Below, piece after piece: positions 62,605 through 64,000 of a stretch of 64,000 nucleotides of DNA. The DNA comes from Adineta vaga (Eukaryota > Animalia > Rotifera): NCBI GenBank assembly GCA_021613535.1, contig CP075495.1, forward strand, positions 14,074,001-14,138,000, read 5' to 3'. Numbering within the stretch: the stretch's first letter is position 1; each line of letters begins with the position of its first letter. A program made the position numbers and the translations under genes. The notes beneath the pieces are model-generated. The model searched no databases. It was not told where the DNA came from and saw nothing but the letters and a program-made list of their open reading frames with translations.

Positions 62605-64000
62605 AAACAAAAGACAAAATATACATAATTCTATAAGAATATTGACTTGTAATCCGTTTTCTATCAACGATCCTTTGCGTCTTTTTTTGTCTGCATATCG
62701 TGTACAGTTTTGTTGATCCGATATATCGGAAAAAAACCCCATATAGATAAGTCTGAAGTTTATGTTTGTGAATGTCTATTGATGTGTATGTAAATGTACG
62801 TATGTGTGTGTGTGTATGTATAAAAGAAAAAGATTTCAATTGTGTAATGAAACACAATATATCATACATAAGATGTTTTCAGCTGTATCTTTCAATTTAA
62901 TTAACTAACTACAAAGATGAAAAATATTGATTGAAACTTGATAGTTAGTTACGAGAGGCATTTTTTAACCGCTTGTAAGATTGAGTAACTCTTGAATTTG
63001 TTTTTTATTACATTGGTTGATGAAAAAAAACAGAGAGAATACTCTATTTTCTCATGGAATGTCGTTTTAATTGAAAAATTACAGGATAAAAATAACCTCG
63101 TAGAACAATTATTTTTGTCATCATTATTGGCATTAGTTTAGATTTATCGTTGCGATAATTACAACCGTTTCTATCCGATAAATATTCTATCTGATAAGAA
63201 TGATATTATAAACGTCTGACATCGTATCGTATCGTATATTCGTATATCATTAAGAGTGCGACATTCATATCAAAATATAGTCGTAATTATAATTTGCATA
63301 CTGAAGTGTTTCGTCAAAGTTAAGAATGAATTCACAAACAATAGTTATATTTGACTACATCGTTTCATATCTATTTATTTTGAAATCAACAATATTTCTA
63401 ACCGATTTATTTCGATTGATTACATCATATAAATTGTCTATCGAGATGGTATAATCATTAACAATACGGATTCCTCAACTTTTCTATTTAAAATACGATT
63501 AATATGTATAACAGTCATGACGTCAGATTGATGGTGCCAATTAAATCATTCTAACATAACATATTCATGTATTTATAGAAAGTTCTATTTGTCAAATAAA
63601 TCCAGTACAACTAATAACAAACCAGAAAATTATTTATGATTGAATCATTGAGATTCTTCCTATACACATATCTTCATCTGATGCAAAGTGTCGACCGATC
63701 TTCATATGTAAAATATTGTAATGTAGAAAAACTGCGTGTAATTATATTCTCTCGTGCATTTTCATCACATAAAACTACACTTATTGTTTGAAGTAAACAA
63801 CGAGAAGACACATCACGTTCAATATATTTTGATTATATCAAACGTGTTTTAGCAGCAAATAGTGAACAGAGAATAATAACATGATGAAAAGAATTCAGTT
63901 GATCGGGTTTGTGCTCTTGAAAATATCAATGACGCCATTGACTATTGTTCATAAGGATATATTAGAATCTATTCATACAAATTGGTAACATGCAGCGATA

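Noticed and set aside
62900-64000. Possible gene or element at the window end (tatcg repeats near 63222-63248)
   Set aside because: No ORF, terminal repeat or TSD could be established from the visible sequence.

Overview
This is AT-rich, gene-dense eukaryotic DNA with many short (about 50-65 nt) GT-AG introns. That style suggests a bdelloid rotifer, though the taxon is my inference and cannot be read from the sequence. Genes in order: a partial dynamin-superfamily P-loop GTPase (-), a FET/cabeza-like RRM-RGG protein (-), cereblon (-), BRAWNIN/UQCC6 (-), SMIM4/UQCC5 (-) and an unknown coiled-coil protein (+). Next come a 686-bp foldback DNA element with a 9-bp target-site duplication, a TPR-less SGT1 (+), tRNA-Leu(UAA) (-) and two intronless paralogous 3-TM receptor/channel-like genes (-; one frameshifted, with patchwork identity). 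Then an Id/emc-type HLH (+), a zinc-finger mono-ADP-ribosyltransferase (+), a tetraspanin (+), a caspase with a C-terminal death domain (+), CRNKL1 (+), UNC80 (+), a STEAP-like gene (+), two tandem DDX6 genes (+) and MRG15 (+). Most notable: (1) an apparent SMIM4-BRAWNIN bicistron, possibly continuing into CRBN; (2) the reversed-architecture caspase with a QCCRD active-site motif, close to the zinc-finger PARP; (3) the intronless propeller-plus-channel-like pair with mosaic gene conversion; (4) the foldback element; (5) operon-like spacing with splice acceptors just upstream of start codons. All gene models were spliced by eye and family calls rest on remembered motifs, not on database searches.
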